Shown here piece after piece: positions 41,180 through 51,596 of a stretch of DNA of 64,000 bases. The notes below the pieces were generated by a model, which worked only from the letters and a program-made list of their open reading frames with translations, searched no databases and was not told the origin of the DNA. Position 1 is the first letter of the stretch. Each line of letters begins with the position of its first letter. This DNA comes from an uncultured Atopobium sp. (GTDB lineage: Bacteria > Actinomycetota > Coriobacteriia > Coriobacteriales > Atopobiaceae): positions 388,473 through 452,472 of the forward strand of contig CAMUON010000001.1 in NCBI GenBank assembly GCA_947090525.1, written 5' to 3'. The position numbers and the translations under genes were made by a program.

Positions 41180-42385
41180 ATGAAGACCAATCTCACCAGA
41201 CGAGACTTCGTCTCATTAGGTGCCGTTTCTGTTGCTACTATGGGAGGTTTGTCTATTATTGCAGGCTGTAATAATAACGCTCAATCCTCCGCTGCTTCTT
41301 CGACACTCAAGGTTGGCCTGATGGGCCCCTACACGGGACAGGTTGCTCAGTACGGTCTTGCAATCCGCAACGGTGCTGAACTCTACACCAAGCAGTTCAA
41401 CGAAAAGGGCGGCGCTAACGGCAAGACCATCGAGCTTATGATCGAGGACGAAAAGGGCGACTCGACCGAAGCAAAGAACGTCTACGAAAAGATGCTCGAT
41501 GCTGGTTGTGTTGCCATTCTTGGTGACGTTACCTCTACGCCTTCCGTTGCGGTTGCTCAGATCTCCGCAAACGACAACATGCCGCTCGTAAGTGCGTCCG
41601 CGACCGTTCCGAGCTTTACCACCTACGGCAAAAACGCCTTCCGCGCGACCATGACCGACGAGTTCCAGGCAAAGGTTATGGCTAAGTTTACACAGAAGCA
41701 AGGCTACAAAACAGTCGCTACCATTTACAACTCAGGTGGAGACTATGAAGCCGGCGTCAACAAAATGTATGTTGCTGAGTGCAAACAGCTCGGCGTTAAT
41801 GTTGCTACTGAGCAGGCGTTTGCTGAAGGCGACGTAGACTTTAACGCCCAGCTCACCTCCATCATGGGTACCAATCCAGACGCCGTATTCTGCCCCAACT
41901 ACTACCAGGACGCTGGTAAGATCCTCGCGCAGGCGCGCCAGCTCGGGTGCAAGGTTCCGTTCCTCGGAGGAGACGGTTGGGCCAACATGATCGACGGCGA
42001 AGATAAGTATGCATCCAATGAGGATCTTGAAGGTTGCTTCTACAATGCCCCCTTCATTGTTGAAAACACAAACGATGAGGTCAAAGCATTCGTCGACGCA
42101 TATAAGGCTGAGTATGGCAAAGTTCCTACGAACTTCTGCGCACTCGGTTACGACGCAGCGATGCTTCTCTTTACCGCTCTTGCACAAGTTGAGTCGTCCA
42201 ATCCTCCTAAGGCAGGAAGCGACGAATACCGTCAAGCCGTTATCGACGCTATTGCAAGCGGCAAGGTAGACGGCGTTACGGGCGAGATTTCCTTCAAGGG
42301 CACAGGCGATCCTGTGAAATCTACGCTTATCGTTACCTTCGAAAAAGGTGCTCAAAAGGTATTTGAAGTCGTTAAGCCCGACTAA
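41180..42385 (+). CDS. Branched-chain amino acid ABC transporter substrate-binding lipoprotein (LivK/LivJ family)
   Basis: Lipobox (IIAGCNNN), type I periplasmic-binding-protein fold. AAGGAGG RBS. Confidence 0.8.
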   Translation: MKTNLTRRDFVSLGAVSVATMGGLSIIAGCNNNAQSSAASSTLKVGLMGPYTGQVAQYGLAIRNGAELYTKQFNEKGGANGKTIELMIEDEKGDSTEAKNVYEKMLDAGCVAILGDVTSTPSVAVAQISANDNMPLVSASATVPSFTTYGKNAFRATMTDEFQAKVMAKFTQKQGYKTVATIYNSGGDYEAGVNKMYVAECKQLGVNVATEQAFAEGDVDFNAQLTSIMGTNPDAVFCPNYYQDAGKILAQARQLGCKVPFLGGDGWANMIDGEDKYASNEDLEGCFYNAPFIVENTNDEVKAFVDAYKAEYGKVPTNFCALGYDAAMLLFTALAQVESSNPPKAGSDEYRQAVIDAIASGKVDGVTGEISFKGTGDPVKSTLIVTFEKGAQKVFEVVKPD

Positions 42386-42646
42386 TCTTTGTATGCAATA
42401 AGCCTCTTACGCGGGTGGTGGAAATTTCGCGATGCCGCCATGCGCAAGAGGCTTTTTCTATGCATCGTGTGCGTATGAGCTCGCGCGTATTTTTGCGGGC
42501 GCGTTTTTGAACTGCGTTTATATGCGTTCGTGAACTGCGCGTATGCACTGGTGTGCTCTTCGCATCCGTTTTTGCGTATGCACGTTGTTAGCAATTTTTA
42601 GCCTTTTACTCAGGTTTTTGTGTATTTGAAAGGAGAGTGCTTGGCT

Positions 42647-43519
42647 ATGATCGGTATGCAGATACTCAATGGCTTGCAAGTGGGAAGCATTTACGCCCTT
42701 GTTGCCCTGGGTTATACCATGGTGTACGGCATCATTTTGCTTCTGAATTTTGCCCATGGCGACATTATTATGGTAGGTGCTTATATTTCTTGGGTCGTTA
42801 TGGTTCAACTTGGTCTTCACCCCGTTGTCGCAGTACTCGCGACGGTCGTGGGATGCGCCTGCCTTGGTGTCCTTATCGATAAAATAGCGTATGCACCTCT
42901 TCGTCAAGCTCCGCGTTTGTCGATTCTGATTACTGCAATCGGTGTGTCCTACTTTTTGGAAAACACGTTTCAGCTGGTATATGGTGCTGATGCAAAGGTT
43001 CTTCCGAATTTTATTACGGTCAACACGGTTGATATCGCAGGCGTTCCCGTTTCTTGCGTCGCACTGATTACAGTTGTTGTTACGGCTATTTCTTGCGCGC
43101 TTCTGACCTTGCTTGTCCAAAAAACCAAGCTAGGAGCTGCGATGCGTGCTGTATCCGAAGACATGTCGGCCGCGCGCCTCATGGGCATCAACGTGAACAC
43201 CGTCATTTCGTTTACCTTCGCGAGCGGTTGTGTTTTGGCTGGTATTGGATCTGTTCTTTACAGTATGGCCTATGCGCAAGCAAGTCCAACGATGGGTATT
43301 ATGCTGGGCACCAAGGCTTTTGTAGCTGCGGTTTTGGGCGGCATTGGTTCCATTCCCGGTGCTGTGATCGGTGGCTTGTTGGTTGGTTTTGCCGAAGTTT
43401 TGGTGTCGGCGATTGGTCTTTCTGTCTGGAAAGACGCGGTCGTGTTCCTGCTGCTCATTGTGGTACTTGTAGTTAAACCTACCGGTATTTTGGGCAAGCC
43501 CATCAATGAGAAAGTGTAG
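42647..43519 (+). CDS. Branched-chain amino acid ABC transporter permease (LivH-like)
   Basis: Multi-TM permease. ATG 42647 with AAAGGAGAG RBS (the ORF track begins at a GTG at 42620). Confidence 0.8.
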   Translation: MIGMQILNGLQVGSIYALVALGYTMVYGIILLLNFAHGDIIMVGAYISWVVMVQLGLHPVVAVLATVVGCACLGVLIDKIAYAPLRQAPRLSILITAIGVSYFLENTFQLVYGADAKVLPNFITVNTVDIAGVPVSCVALITVVVTAISCALLTLLVQKTKLGAAMRAVSEDMSAARLMGINVNTVISFTFASGCVLAGIGSVLYSMAYAQASPTMGIMLGTKAFVAAVLGGIGSIPGAVIGGLLVGFAEVLVSAIGLSVWKDAVVFLLLIVVLVVKPTGILGKPINEKV

Positions 43520-43527
43520 GATATAGT

Positions 43528-44667
43528 ATGAAATCACAAACTGAAACACATACAGATTCGCGTATAGAATCCAACGCATCCAATGCATCTGCGTCCACAT
43601 CGAAAAACGCGTCCACATCGCGTAAGGCGTTTCACTTTAGTACCCTTCAGGCATACGCCCTCAATACGGTGCTTATCTTGGTCGCGCTCTTTGTTGGTCA
43701 AGCGCTCATCAGCGCATCACTAATTTCTCGCTATCAAATTTCTGTACTCGAACAGATCGGCATCTATATTATTTTGGCCGTATCTCTTAACCTTGTTACC
43801 GGTAATTTGGGCCAGCTGCCTTTGGGACATGCAGGCTTTATGTCTGTTGGTGGCTACTCGGGTGCTATTTTTATTATGCACATGGCTACGGCTTTGCACT
43901 TATCGGGGCGCGCATTTGTGACGGGTCAGCCGCTGGCTGTCCTCGTATTTTTGGGAGGCCTTGTGGTAGGGGCTATAGCTGCGGGATTATGTGGTCTTAT
44001 CATCGGTATTCCAGCTCTTAGGCTCAAGGGCGACTATCTTGCCATCATTACGCTCGGTTTTGCGGAAATCATCCGCGTGGTCATGCTCAATATTGATACC
44101 ACGTTTAATATCACACTCACCGGCGGTGCTAAAGGTTTGAGCGGCATACCTGCATTTACAAACTATCTCAATACGTTTTGCGTGGTCGTCTTTACGCTTT
44201 TCGTCATTCACACGATGATGAAATCGCGTTGGGGGCGTGCGATTTATGCCATCCGCGACAACGAAATCGCTGCTGAGGCATCAGGTGTGCATATCACACG
44301 CTACAAGACGGTTGCTTTTGTCCTTTCTGCCGCATTTGCCGGCGTAGCTGGTGTTTTGTATGCAGGGTGTATTGGTGTTATGGCGCCTGCAAAGTTCGGT
44401 TTTATGAAGTCGGTCGAGATTCTCGTTATGGTTGTTTTGGGCGGCATGGGTTCTATGCTGGGATCTGTGATTTCTGCTACCACCTTGACCGTTCTACCCG
44501 AGGTTTTGAGAAGCTTTGCTGATCTTCGTATGATTGCGTACTCGGTCGTTCTTGTTCTCGTGATGATCTTTAGACCAAAGGGCCTGCTTGGTTCCTATGA
44601 TTTCTCGCTCACACGTTCGCTTGAGTCGCTCATCAACCGCATTTTTGGCGCGAAAGAGGTGAAATAA
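43528..44667 (+). CDS. Branched-chain amino acid ABC transporter permease (LivM-like)
   Basis: Multi-TM permease with S/N/A-rich N-terminal extension. Same operon as LivH. Confidence 0.8.
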   Translation: MKSQTETHTDSRIESNASNASASTSKNASTSRKAFHFSTLQAYALNTVLILVALFVGQALISASLISRYQISVLEQIGIYIILAVSLNLVTGNLGQLPLGHAGFMSVGGYSGAIFIMHMATALHLSGRAFVTGQPLAVLVFLGGLVVGAIAAGLCGLIIGIPALRLKGDYLAIITLGFAEIIRVVMLNIDTTFNITLTGGAKGLSGIPAFTNYLNTFCVVVFTLFVIHTMMKSRWGRAIYAIRDNEIAAEASGVHITRYKTVAFVLSAAFAGVAGVLYAGCIGVMAPAKFGFMKSVEILVMVVLGGMGSMLGSVISATTLTVLPEVLRSFADLRMIAYSVVLVLVMIFRPKGLLGSYDFSLTRSLESLINRIFGAKEVK

Positions 44668-44668
44668 G

Positions 44669-45769
44669 ATGTCGTTGAAACAAGAATCGCAAGTAGAAAC
44701 ATCTACGAACACTACTACTCCCGCTCCTGCTTCTGAACCCGCTTCTTGCGCGTTTGCGCCTGCGTCTGCATCTGAAGCTGACAAGGCTGCAGCTTCTGCA
44801 GCAGCTGAAGCATCCACAGCGCCCGCATCCGAAGCACCTGCGCCTGATGCATCAGCATCTGAAGCATCAGCACCTGCGCCAGCGTCTAAGGAAGAAAAGC
44901 ATCACCAAAAGCCGCTCTTTGACTTTTCAAAGCGCATTCGCTCTGTCCTCGTCCCTATTCAATCGCCTAACCTGCTTCCTGAGCGCGATTTGGGCAGCAT
45001 GCCTGTTCTTGAGGCCAAGCACCTCGGCATCGATTTTGGCGGTTTGACTGCGGTAGATGACTTTAATATCGCACTCGGTAAAACAGAAATTTCCGGTTTG
45101 ATCGGCCCTAATGGTGCAGGTAAAACCACCATTTTCAACCTCCTTACCAGTGTATACCAGCCTACGCGCGGAACTGTTCTTGTGGACGGCTACGATATTG
45201 CGGGAAAAACGATTACCCAGGTAAACGAGATGGGAGTCGCCCGTACCTTCCAAAACATCAGGCTCTTTAATGAGCTTACTGTGTTGGAAAACGTGCTGGT
45301 TGGTTTTACCAGTTCCATGAAAACAGGCTTTCTCGCCGATGTGTTTCGCCTGCCTTCTCACTGGAAGCAAGAGAAGGAGTTTAAGGAAAAAGCCTTCGAT
45401 TTGCTGAAGATTTTTGATATGGAGCACGTCGCGTATCAGAAGGCAGGAAATCTTGCCTATGGTCAGCAGCGCTGTCTCGAAATCTTGCGTGCCCTTGCCA
45501 CCCAGCCCAAGGTACTTCTTCTCGATGAGCCGGCAGCCGGTATGAATCCTTCCGAAACTGCGCAGCTCACCGAGGATATTCAGCGCATCCGCGATACGTT
45601 CAAGATCGCTATTTTGCTCATTGAGCACGACATGAACCTGGTTTGCGGTGTGTGCGAGTGCGTGGGTGTTCTGGATTATGGACGCATCATTGCAAAAGGT
45701 ACTGCAAGCGAAATCCAAAATGACCCCCGCGTTATCGAGGCGTATTTGGGCAAGCAGGAGGCGATATAA
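44669..45769 (+). CDS. ABC transporter ATP-binding protein (LivG-like) with A/P/S-rich N-terminal extension
   Basis: Walker A GPNGAGKTT, signature YGQQRCLEI, Walker B LLLDEPAAG. Confidence 0.85.
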   Translation: MSLKQESQVETSTNTTTPAPASEPASCAFAPASASEADKAAASAAAEASTAPASEAPAPDASASEASAPAPASKEEKHHQKPLFDFSKRIRSVLVPIQSPNLLPERDLGSMPVLEAKHLGIDFGGLTAVDDFNIALGKTEISGLIGPNGAGKTTIFNLLTSVYQPTRGTVLVDGYDIAGKTITQVNEMGVARTFQNIRLFNELTVLENVLVGFTSSMKTGFLADVFRLPSHWKQEKEFKEKAFDLLKIFDMEHVAYQKAGNLAYGQQRCLEILRALATQPKVLLLDEPAAGMNPSETAQLTEDIQRIRDTFKIAILLIEHDMNLVCGVCECVGVLDYGRIIAKGTASEIQNDPRVIEAYLGKQEAI

Positions 45770-45770
45770 G

Positions 45771-46493
45771 ATGAGCCAAACTCTGTTGAAGGTCAATGAC
45801 CTCTATGTTAATTACGGCATGATCAAGGCTGTTCGAGGCATATCATTTGAGATTCATGAGGGCGAGATTGTTACCCTCATCGGCGCTAACGGTGCTGGTA
45901 AATCTACTACGCTTAATACGCTTGCTGGACTATTGAAGCCGAGAAAAGGTACGATCGAATTTCTTGGCGCCTCGCTTGTTGATAAAAAACCGCATCAGAT
46001 CGTGCGCGAAGGTCTTGCGCTCTGCCCTGAAGGCCGTCATGTGTTTACCGGTATGACTGTTGCCGAGAATTTGGCTATGGGCGGCTTTACGCAAAAGGAG
46101 AGTTCATGTGCGGAAACGCTGAAAAAAATCTATCAGCATTTCCCGCGCCTTCAAGAACGCATCAACCAATCTGCTGGTACCATGAGCGGCGGCGAGCAGC
46201 AGATGCTTGCTATGGGCCGCGCGCTCATGAGTAGGCCTAAGCTCCTCATGCTTGATGAGCCATCGATGGGTCTCGCTCCTATTTTGGTGAAGGAAATCTT
46301 TGCGATTATCAAGGAACTCAATGCATTAGGCACCACGGTTCTTCTCGTTGAGCAGAATGCTTCGATGGCGCTTTCCATCGCTGATCGTGGCTATGTTCTC
46401 GAGACCGGAACGATTACCAAAACGGGCTCCGGTAAAGACCTGCTTAATGATGGTGACGTTGCGCGTGCATATCTGGGTGGATCTAAGTCGTAG
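45771..46493 (+). CDS. ABC transporter ATP-binding protein (LivF-like)
   Basis: Walker A GANGAGKST, signature SGGEQQMLA. ATG 45771 right after the LivG stop (ORF track starts at 45648 inside LivG). Confidence 0.85.
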   Translation: MSQTLLKVNDLYVNYGMIKAVRGISFEIHEGEIVTLIGANGAGKSTTLNTLAGLLKPRKGTIEFLGASLVDKKPHQIVREGLALCPEGRHVFTGMTVAENLAMGGFTQKESSCAETLKKIYQHFPRLQERINQSAGTMSGGEQQMLAMGRALMSRPKLLMLDEPSMGLAPILVKEIFAIIKELNALGTTVLLVEQNASMALSIADRGYVLETGTITKTGSGKDLLNDGDVARAYLGGSKS

Positions 46494-46581
46494 AGCGCGC
46501 CCGCGCAGGGCATGCTTGGTTTGTGTACTACGGTTGGTATGCGCTTGTGTGTCTTGCCTGCATTATGTTTGTCGCTTAAAA

Positions 46582-46611
46582 GGGATGAGCGCTTGAGCTC
46601 ATCCCTTTTTA
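46582..46611. terminator. Rho-independent terminator hairpin (GGGATGAGC...GCTCATCCC then TTTTT), potentially bidirectional between convergent genes
   Basis: 9-bp GC-rich stem followed by a T5 run, between the liv operon end and the minus-strand adhesin gene end. Confidence 0.6.
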
Positions 46612-46655
46612 TGTGCTCGGGCTCCAGATGCGCCTTCGTTAGAGGCGGCCTTTTG

Positions 46656-49600
46656 CTAGAGACGCTTTTTTCTGCGGTAGCTGCGTTCTACAAAGCGCTT
46701 ACGTTTGATATAGCCAAAGGCTATGCTCATAATGCCTGCTCCCAAAGCCGATGCGCATCCCACAGAAAGGGGAGAGTGGAGGAAGAGATCTGCTGTTTGC
46801 GCAAGGCGAGATGATCCTTCGTGTTGAGAGTGCTCCTCCTCGCTTGGGTTGTTCGTATGCTCATCGTTAGTTGCGCGCCCGTGTGCATCGTCTTCATCAG
46901 TGTCTGCTGTATCGTCTCCGCGCTGCTTATCGATGACATTTTCGTCGTCACGTCCTTCTTTGATGCCTTTTTTATTTGCATCCTTTTTGTCGTCTTCTAC
47001 CTCGGTATCCTCATCGTCTTGTGAAGTCTTGTCATTACGCGCGTGTTTTGACTTCTTTGACGTTCCTTTGTTCTTCTTGCGCGCATGTTTCGTGTCCGCG
47101 CTTGCTTGTTCATTGTCTTCGAGCTCGTCGCTCTCGTCGTTGTTGTCGAGCGCTCCCTTCTTTTCGCCTGTTTCGCTCTTCTGATCAAGCTCATTGGACG
47201 AATTGTGCCTACGTGTTCTATGCGCATTTCGCTTTGCTTCAAGGTCTTCGAGTGCTTTTGCGAGTGCGCGTGAAAGGGAAGCATCAAAGCCAGCGTTTGT
47301 GTTTTGTTCCTGCGGTTTTAGCTGGCTGGGATCGTTTTTGCCTTCGTTTGGTTTTTGCGCGGGCGTGTTTTCTGCTCCTGAGGGCGTTTGAGTTTGATCG
47401 TTTCCTTTCGGTTTAGATGGATCCGTTGTTGTATCCGGCTTTTTCTGCGAAGGATCCGCTTGAGAACTGTGCGTGTTGTCGCCTTTAGTAGATGCTGGAT
47501 CTGCAGGGTATGCATGCTTTTTGTCGTCGGTTTCAAAGAACATTTTGAGCGCTTTTTGCACGCGCGCAAGAAATACGCTTGCGTCCTGCCAAATCGTGGG
47601 CTTATCGTTCGTATGGGGTTTGGGCTCTTCCTTGGATTCGGGTTGAGTCTCTATCGTGCCCGATGGGTTGGTGTTTGGCGTGGTATGAGGATCCTTTTTG
47701 TCGGAGGAACCAGGTGTTGCACCAGGGATTACGCTGGGATCAGTCTTACCACCCGTTCCAGGTTTCTCACCCGGTGTCGAATCTGGCTTTGTACCAGGGG
47801 CTACGCTGGGATCAGCCTTGCCGCCTGTACCAGGAGTCGTGCCGGTACCTGTACCGGGAGTTGTGCCGGTACCTGTACCTGGAACTGTGCCGGTACCCGG
47901 GGTTGTCTCGGGTTTTTTACCAGGATTTGAACCCGGATCAGTCTTGCCACCGGCTCCAGGTGTTGCACCAGGGGTTACGCTGGGATCAGTCTTCCCGCCG
48001 GCTCCAGGTTTCTCACCTGGGGTTGTGCTTGAGTCGGGAGTTGTACCAGTACCCGTACTTGCGCCCGTGCCAGGAGTTGTGCCTGTACCAGCGCCAGTAC
48101 CTGGAGTTGTGCCAGGGGTCGTACCAGTGCCGGGAGTTGTGCCCGTGCCGGGAGTTGTGCCCGTGCTCGTACCTGCGCCGCTTCCGCCATCATTTGGCTT
48201 TGTTTGCTGCGTATCCACGAAGTCCCGATGTACTTTCAATGCGTCTACAGCTTCCGTTACCCCTTCGCGTGTGATTTCAAATTTGTACGAAACGGCCTTT
48301 GCTTTTTTATGTTCAATATTGATTTCCGTGAGCTTATATTTACCAAAAACCAGAGCTCCTTTAGCATCGTCTGCGCGCGTTTGCGTATCGCGGCCGCTAA
48401 ACCAGCATCCGAAGGGCTTTTGCGATGCATCCATCCGTGGAATTTGTGCCTGATTGAGCAGATAGTCAAGTGTATTCGTCGATTCAGAGTGCGCAACTAT
48501 GTTCGAAGAAGTATCGATAATCCCAGCTTCTGAGGACATGACCACATGACTTTCGTGCGTTTTTTCGTCTTGCAAGACAAACGTCTTCTTGCTAAGCACG
48601 CCTTTGCCTTCAAGGTCCAAAAGCCGCGCGCGGAAATCGCCGCGTATCACTTCGCAGCGCGGAATTGCGTGCTCCGGGAGCTCATAGCTAATATCGTCTT
48701 TGTTAACCACTACACTATAGTTCCATTTCTTGAGCGCATCGCTCATTTTGTAGCCCGTACCTACTGAGTGAAGTGAAAGCGTGTATTTCCCCTTGGGAAG
48801 CAGGTGCTTAGAAGTTTGTGCGCGCCCTTCAGCATTTGTTTTGATTGTCGTGATGAGTTCGCCTTTTTTATAGCTTTTGCCGCTTTTGCCGCCTATGGTA
48901 ATTGCATCTTCTCCAGCATTTTTTATCTCAAATTCAGCGCCTGCAAGACTTGCCGCGCCAAGTGGGTTTTCATTGCCCTCTTTATCGAGGATGCGTGCGC
49001 AAATTTGTGCTCCTTTGAATTGTTCCGGCTTTCGCTGCGTGCCGGCGTTTGGATTGACCACAACCAGCGCATTTGAACCCGTGATGGTGAAGTCTTGTGC
49101 ATAGAGAACGCGGGCTTTTTCGTCCTTCGCATAGCTGAGTTCTAGCGTATAGGAACCTATAGGCAACGTTCTTCCTGTTGTTTGCGCAGCTAAACCGTCT
49201 TTTGCATCACTTGCGCCCACGACATGTGGATGCACCACCAAGCATGCCTCATCCTTTTTGTGCGTTCTACCTTCGACGACGACGTCTTGGGTATTCTTAG
49301 ACCGAATGGTGTAGTTGACATCGTCCATCTGCGCTTCTTGGGGAATGCCCAGCTCATTGAGGTCATGTTTGTTGCTCACGACACGGATATCTCCGCTTAT
49401 GACAGAAAGTGCAATAGTGTTCTTGGGTATATCGTTGCCGCCCGAACTTGCGGGTTTTTCGCTTAGTGTATGCGTGCTTTCAAAGTTTTGGCTGCTATAG
49501 CCTTTGGAGCTTTGTTTATGGCTGATTTTTATGCTGCCAAGGGGGAGTGCAGCTGCCCCGTCCAAACTTGGAAAAAGAAGCTTACTATCATTCGTATCTT

Positions 49601-51596
49601 TGAGATGTGCAGCGTCCAGGCTTACATGCCCGTTCGCGTCAGTTATGAGCATGTAGCTGCGGTCGGCTTTTGCTTCTTTATTCTCTGCTCCCTTGGTATC
49701 TGTGAAAAAGTCGAGCTGAATTTCGTTATGCTCAAGCGTCGCACTGCCTTGCGCCTTGTTTGTTTTGAGGCCTGAGTCCATGTATTCTATGATGTCTTTT
49801 GTGCGATAGTACTGCGGCGTTTTGATGAGGGAAAGCTCTGCAGTCTTGTCCTTTTCGATGCTGACTTCATATATGGTTTTGTCTGCCACGTAGCCTTTTG
49901 AGCGTTTGAGCTCTTTTACGAAGTAGTGCCCGCGCTTGAGGCTTACCGCATCGATGCTTCCGTCTGGCCGACTCGTGAGTTCACAGACTTTGTAGGTGCA
50001 TTCTTTATCGGTATATACGCCGTGCGTGCTTTCTGCAAAGCTGTAATTGGGATTTTTGTCGCTTAGGGCCGGTACTTTTGAGACCATTTTTGCTGCGAGC
50101 GCGCCTTTTTCAAGATTGATGGCGTCATATTTGATGGTGCCCGTGGTATTTGAAAGTACCTCAAAGCCTGATTTGTCGCAGGAACCTACCCACACTTTAT
50201 ATATATTTTTATCTTGTTTAGCGCTATCCGCTTCCTTCACTTCTGGGAATTGTTTGAGGTAGTAATACCTATTTCCATGGAGATATTCACTTTGGCAGCG
50301 ACCATTTTTATCTGTTGTAATATCTTTTGCCGCGACATAGTTCTTGTTGTATGCAGATGCTTGTTTGGTGCATTCCTCATCCGAATAGATTCGATACGTG
50401 GTATTTGCATGCATGGTGCCCAAAGCTTCCGTATTCAGAATGAGGTATCCGCGCGGACGCAGGTAGTAGTAGGGGCCCATGCGATGTCTATTGAGTATGC
50501 CGCGGTAGGCGATGATATCTTTTGGTAATTCTTTACTGATGATTTGTCTGAATACGCTTGTGTCGCAACGTGTATCGCCTTCGTTACATATTCCGATAAT
50601 ATTTCTACCCATCCAGTCGTGTACGATACCCTTCATGCCGAGGCGGTTGGCATTATCTGTTCCGTAGTAATCCTTTGACGCGTGTTCTGCGATCATCAGA
50701 TAGGTGCACACATAGTAGACATCATCGGTAAGGGGCTCGCCATTCCAGTCGGTTTTTGGCCACATACTCTTGTCGAAACCAGGGCCACCGAATCCGTAAT
50801 ACATGATTTTGAATGGAATATCGTAATCGGGATAGCGGCGGTCCATATCGTTGTCTCGGTCGCAAAGACACACCGCAAGACCAGGTTCTGGATCTTCCGA
50901 GGCAGTCCAGCCATAATATGCAACATCATCACCAACATAGTATTTAGGGGTAGAAGCGCGCGGGCGATCAGAGGAAAATTTATATGGTTTGCGCTCAATA
51001 CGAAGGCCCGAAAAATCGATAATGCTTGATGGGCTATAGCGGACATACTGGTTGGCACCGACAAAATCCTCAGCGAGTGTGTAGAGCGGCGAGAGAACGT
51101 AAGATGATGTCATGGCAGCAATTACAACAAGAGCGAGGCTACACCTGACTGCGCGTGAATACACGAGGTCAAAGAGCGTATGTGGCGTATTCAATGCGTA
51201 CTTTTTTGAAGGTCTCCAGATGCGTGCCTGCATTTTTTTGTGCACGAGCGTGCGCATGCTTTGGAGTATGGGTTTTTTTATGTGATTGTGTATCTTTTTT
51301 TGTAGCTGTTTATGTACCTGCTTGCTTATCTGTTGCATGCGTTTTCTCATGCGCCGCGCACAGGTATGAATGCCTATGCGTAAGGAGCTCATCGGAAAGT
51401 GCTGGCGATACCGTCTCATGGCTAACTCCTTGTGTGTACTCGACGATCCTGGGATAGCGCGGGCAAGCGTGTGAGCGCTGGCGACGTATGGGCTGTTGTG
51501 TGTCCGCCCATGCAATTCCACGTGTTTGCGCGTGGTTAGGATCCATTTGTCTCCTAAAATTCGTTTCCCAAAATCTGATGGAAAGGTGGCACACAT
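46656..51596 (-). CDS. Very large cell-surface adhesin (up to 1646 aa; probable true start near 51257): N-terminal globular domain, multiple Cna-B/SpaA-type beta-sandwich repeats, P/T/G-rich stalk, K/E/D-rich region, C-terminal sorting-signal-like LAQTA plus hydrophobic segment plus KRKR
   Basis: Signal-peptide-like segment at MRTLVHKK...ALVVIAAMT. Repeated GxYxxxEL...GY...Y.V motifs. Stalk encoded by TPGTG repeats. Hydrophobic anchor with basic tail at the C-terminus. Confidence 0.6.
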   Translation of the reverse strand: MCATFPSDFGKRILGDKWILTTRKHVELHGRTHNSPYVASAHTLARAIPGSSSTHKELAMRRYRQHFPMSSLRIGIHTCARRMRKRMQQISKQVHKQLQKKIHNHIKKPILQSMRTLVHKKMQARIWRPSKKYALNTPHTLFDLVYSRAVRCSLALVVIAAMTSSYVLSPLYTLAEDFVGANQYVRYSPSSIIDFSGLRIERKPYKFSSDRPRASTPKYYVGDDVAYYGWTASEDPEPGLAVCLCDRDNDMDRRYPDYDIPFKIMYYGFGGPGFDKSMWPKTDWNGEPLTDDVYYVCTYLMIAEHASKDYYGTDNANRLGMKGIVHDWMGRNIIGICNEGDTRCDTSVFRQIISKELPKDIIAYRGILNRHRMGPYYYLRPRGYLILNTEALGTMHANTTYRIYSDEECTKQASAYNKNYVAAKDITTDKNGRCQSEYLHGNRYYYLKQFPEVKEADSAKQDKNIYKVWVGSCDKSGFEVLSNTTGTIKYDAINLEKGALAAKMVSKVPALSDKNPNYSFAESTHGVYTDKECTYKVCELTSRPDGSIDAVSLKRGHYFVKELKRSKGYVADKTIYEVSIEKDKTAELSLIKTPQYYRTKDIIEYMDSGLKTNKAQGSATLEHNEIQLDFFTDTKGAENKEAKADRSYMLITDANGHVSLDAAHLKDTNDSKLLFPSLDGAAALPLGSIKISHKQSSKGYSSQNFESTHTLSEKPASSGGNDIPKNTIALSVISGDIRVVSNKHDLNELGIPQEAQMDDVNYTIRSKNTQDVVVEGRTHKKDEACLVVHPHVVGASDAKDGLAAQTTGRTLPIGSYTLELSYAKDEKARVLYAQDFTITGSNALVVVNPNAGTQRKPEQFKGAQICARILDKEGNENPLGAASLAGAEFEIKNAGEDAITIGGKSGKSYKKGELITTIKTNAEGRAQTSKHLLPKGKYTLSLHSVGTGYKMSDALKKWNYSVVVNKDDISYELPEHAIPRCEVIRGDFRARLLDLEGKGVLSKKTFVLQDEKTHESHVVMSSEAGIIDTSSNIVAHSESTNTLDYLLNQAQIPRMDASQKPFGCWFSGRDTQTRADDAKGALVFGKYKLTEINIEHKKAKAVSYKFEITREGVTEAVDALKVHRDFVDTQQTKPNDGGSGAGTSTGTTPGTGTTPGTGTTPGTTPGTGAGTGTTPGTGASTGTGTTPDSSTTPGEKPGAGGKTDPSVTPGATPGAGGKTDPGSNPGKKPETTPGTGTVPGTGTGTTPGTGTGTTPGTGGKADPSVAPGTKPDSTPGEKPGTGGKTDPSVIPGATPGSSDKKDPHTTPNTNPSGTIETQPESKEEPKPHTNDKPTIWQDASVFLARVQKALKMFFETDDKKHAYPADPASTKGDNTHSSQADPSQKKPDTTTDPSKPKGNDQTQTPSGAENTPAQKPNEGKNDPSQLKPQEQNTNAGFDASLSRALAKALEDLEAKRNAHRTRRHNSSNELDQKSETGEKKGALDNNDESDELEDNEQASADTKHARKKNKGTSKKSKHARNDKTSQDDEDTEVEDDKKDANKKGIKEGRDDENVIDKQRGDDTADTDEDDAHGRATNDEHTNNPSEEEHSQHEGSSRLAQTADLFLHSPLSVGCASALGAGIMSIAFGYIKRKRFVERSYRRKKRL

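Noticed and set aside
41732-43120. Minus-strand ORFs 41732-42355 and 42518-43120
   Set aside because: Antisense to the LivK-like binding protein and LivH permease.
44927-45796. 289-aa minus-strand ORF
   Set aside because: Antisense to the LivG ATPase (Walker motifs on the plus strand).
47698-48453. 251-aa and 231-aa plus-strand ORFs rich in P/G/V
   Set aside because: Antisense frames of the repetitive P/T/G stalk region of the minus-strand adhesin gene.
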